Positions 61,395 to 64,000 of a DNA stretch of 64,000 nt are shown one piece after another (position 1 is the first letter of the stretch; the number at the start of each line of letters is the position of its first letter). The translations under genes and the position numbers were made by a program. Source of the stretch: Mobula hypostoma (lineage: Eukaryota); contig NC_086097.1 of assembly GCF_963921235.1 (NCBI RefSeq), positions 30,382,001-30,446,000 of the forward strand, read 5' to 3'. The notes beneath the pieces are model-generated. The model saw only the letters and a list, made by a program, of their open reading frames with translations, had not been told where the DNA came from and ran no database searches.

Positions 61395-61710
61395 AAACCA
61401 TAAAACAAAGGGGCAGAATTAGGCCATTCGAGTCTACGCCACCATTCCATCATGGCTAATTTATTATCCTTCTCAACACCATTTTCCTGCCTTCTCCCCT
61501 TAATCTTTAATTGCCTTACTAATCAAGAATCTATTAACCTCTGCTTTAAATACACCCAATGAGCTGGCCTCCACAGCTGTCTGACGCAGATTCACCACCC
61601 ACTGGCTAAAGAAGTTTCTCATCTCTGTTCTAAAGGGATGTCCTATTCTGAACCTATGCTCTCTGATCCAAGACTCTCCCACTATAGGAAGCGCCCTCTC
61701 TATGTCCATG
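61395..61710 (-). mobile_element. CR1 3' fragment
   Basis: HPFRTEMRNFFSQWVVNL. Confidence 0.8.
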
Positions 61711-61810
61711 GGACTGAAGAGAGCCTCATTACATCAGTACAGGGAAGTCAGGTCCCAACACCAAACACGAGCTGAATCCTGGTGGCACGAGGCCAACCAA
61801 GATGCCTTAC

Positions 61811-62059
61811 CTTTGGAACCTTCTCCTTGTTGAAGAGGAGCGTGATCTTGGCGCAGTTGTTGTCCAGATAAGGAGCATTGGGCTGGCATGTGGTGTGTAC
61901 AGGCAGTGCAGACTGGGGGTTACACTCCCCCCAGTCCGTGCATGGAGGGGAGAAACACTTCAGCCAGGGGCTGACCTGGCACGTCTGGCCCTCTGGGCAC
62001 AGGAAGTTTTCGCGGCCTGGCCGATCTTGTAACAAGCAGGACTTCTGGCCGCACCATAC
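61811..62059 (-). CDS. jag2: Jagged-2 internal coding exon (end of VWC/cysteine-rich region), 249 bp, phase 0/0
   Basis: Acceptor ttccatcag|GTATGG and donor CCAAAG|gtaagg. Translates VWCGQKSCLLQ...PPCTDWGEC...YLDNNCAKITLLFNKEKVPK. The PPCxxWGEC and LDNNCA motifs fit JAG2 better than JAG1 as I recall them. Confidence 0.92.
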
Positions 62060-62254
62060 CTGATGGAACAAACAGAAGCAAATGTGGGTTAACATCACTC
62101 CTGGAGGACAGTGTGCAGTCCTCTCTGAATATACTCCCATCAACATCACAGCCACTAAACCTGAAGCCAATCCAAGAGCAACTGTGGGAATCATAGCAAA
62201 GAAACTGCAAATACCGACAACAATATTATTATTTTGTTAATGTCATGTGTACCA

Positions 62255-62590
62255 CACCACCAGGCTCAGGAACAGTTACTAACCTACCATGATCAGGGGT
62301 CCTGAACCGGCGTGGATAACTTCACTCGCCTCAACTCCAAACTGATTCAACAAACTAACAACCAATTTTCAAGGACTCTATGATTCACGTTCTCAGTATT
62401 ATTTATTTACTTGTTTATTCTTATGTGTACAGTTTGTCATCTTTTGCAAATTGGCTGTCTGTCATTATAATTTTTTATTGAACCTATAAGTATTTCATTA
62501 TTTTCCTGTAAAAGCCTGCAAGAAAATGAATCTCAAAGTAGTATATGGTGACATATATGCACTCTTATAATAAATTTACTTTGAACTCTG
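62255..62590 (+). mobile_element. Rex1/Babar 3' end and UTR
   Basis: CACACCACCAGGCTCAGGAACAGTTAC ... AATAAATTTACTTTGAAC tail, shared with other copies. Confidence 0.7.
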
Positions 62591-64000
62591 AGATAGTGAA
62601 AATCTTCTGCTTGCATGCCATCCAGACACATCACATCACATGCAAGCACTGAGGTAACAAAAGGAAAAACAGAGTACAGAATAGGTAGCATAATAGTTAG
62701 CGTTTCACTTTACAACATGCAATCACCGATCGGGAGTCAATTCCTGCTACTGCCTACAAGCAGATTGCACATTCTCCCCATGATTGTATGGTGTGGGACC
62801 CAAGGCTCCATCTCCTTTCTCCATCAATTTTTGCATCATAAAGGTAGGTGAGCCAGGGATCTTGACCAAGAGTGGCACAGTAGCGTGCTGTTGGTGTAAC
62901 ACTTTGCACTGCCAGTGATCATTCCCACTACTGTCTGTAACTCCATGACCATGTGGGTTTCCTCCGGGTACCCTGGTTTCCTCCCATATTCCAAAGACAT
63001 ACTGTTAAGTTTAGTGAATTGTGGGCATGCTATGTTGGCGCTGGAAGCATGGTGACACTTGCACGCTGCCCAGTGTGATTCTTGCTAATTTTATTTGATG
63101 CAAATGATGCACTTCATTGTATGTTTTGATATACATGTGATAAATAAAGCTAAGTTTATCTTATTTTAGAACGTTGAACAAGCTTGGCAATTATTTAGGT
63201 CTTTTTGGTTGATAAATAGGTTGGGTCAGTTGATCAGGGATTAGGGTGTAGATTTGCTATTTTTCTTGTATGTTCTTGTAGTTTAAGCTTTCCTATGCCT
63301 GCTTGTGTTTTCATTTCACCTATATGTGTGTAATCATTCAGTGAATTTTCTAGTAATCGTAGTATAGCTATTTATAGTATGTATTTTCTAGAAGCAGAAT
63401 CAGAAAAGTACGGCATCTGGTCTGTGCTGAACTATTTAAACTGATTACTCCGAAAGACCTGCACGGGGACCACAGGCCATATCCCTATCCAAACTTCTTT
63501 TAAGTTACTATTGTTCTACATGTGATTGTACATGTTGAGGACTGAGCCTGAAAGCCACAGATTCACCTGGTGGGAGTCTGGCGTCAGGACAAGGACTGAG
63601 CCTCAAAGCCACAGTGTCTCCTAGCGAGTGTCGGAGGCCAGTCAACAGATGATATTGGTAGGCTGGTTCTACACTATATTCTGCAATGTTGTGTTTTTAG
63701 CTTTCATTCTATATGGGTTTGTTGACTTGTACGAGAGACGACTGGGCGCCAAGCCACGGAGTCGTGGGGCAGAGGGGTGCTGGGCATCCGGACTCTTATT
63801 ACATGATTGTGACCTTGTATGTGACTGTTGGTAGTGTGTCTTTGCACCTTGACTCCACAGTAACACTGTTATGGTTGGCTGTATTCATGTATGGTTAAAT
63901 GACAATCAGAATTGAATTAAACATTGAAATTGAATTCACATGCACCTGTGGTGGCAGCTCATCCCATACTCTAAAAACCGTCTGAGTGAAGATGTTTCCC

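Noticed and set aside
52298..62059. Assignment to jag1
   Set aside because: WWTRKRRKERERSR, NNQW.PL.PIRNPI, LDNNCA and SAVEVAV match JAG2, and the JAG1 RMEYIV tail is absent. A phylogeny would be decisive.
63538..63614. 23-bp direct repeat AGGACTGAGCCT(G/C)AAAGCCACAG with 54-bp period
   Set aside because: Only two copies inside a probable repeat remnant; no further structure.
62060..64000. Further upstream jag2 exons
   Set aside because: No EGF or VWC-coding segment with splice sites found; these exons must lie beyond the window.

Overview
Repeat-dense (~45% GC by eye) vertebrate genomic DNA. The repeat content points to a cartilaginous fish, probably a ray; this is an inference. The only host gene I can support is the 3' end of a Notch ligand, jagged-2, on the minus strand: four coding exons (61811-62059, 55065-55196, 54050-54206, 52298-52749) with GT-AG boundaries and consistent phases, then a ~2.8 kb repeat-free 3'UTR ending near 49490. 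The ~49 kb downstream and the introns are a nested mosaic of transposons: many CR1 LINEs, Rex1/Babar and Tx1 fragments, a Vingi/Ingi-like LINE, RTE-derived non-autonomous elements, tRNA-derived SINEs, a Tc1-derived element, a complete hAT (Charlie/SPIN-like) element with TIRs and an 8-bp TSD, and Neptune-type Penelope-like elements. The most striking hidden signal is a minimal type-I hammerhead ribozyme at the Penelope 3' ends (intact at 2475-2510 and 29006-29041, one core mutation at 4097-4132, degenerate elsewhere). One copy sits in a complete fold-back insertion with a 13-bp TSD. This ribozyme class is known in Penelope-like elements, so it is probably unannotated here rather than new. Other candidates: a 230-bp TSD-flanked mini-retroposon (539-768), a complete tRNA-head/RTE-tail SINE, a dense inducible-TF motif cluster (16.7-16.9 kb), tandem Pumilio sites in the JAG2 3'UTR, and a possible PDZ-ligand C-terminus on Jagged-2. 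Boundaries of old repeats are approximate, and family names come from motif recognition, not database searches.
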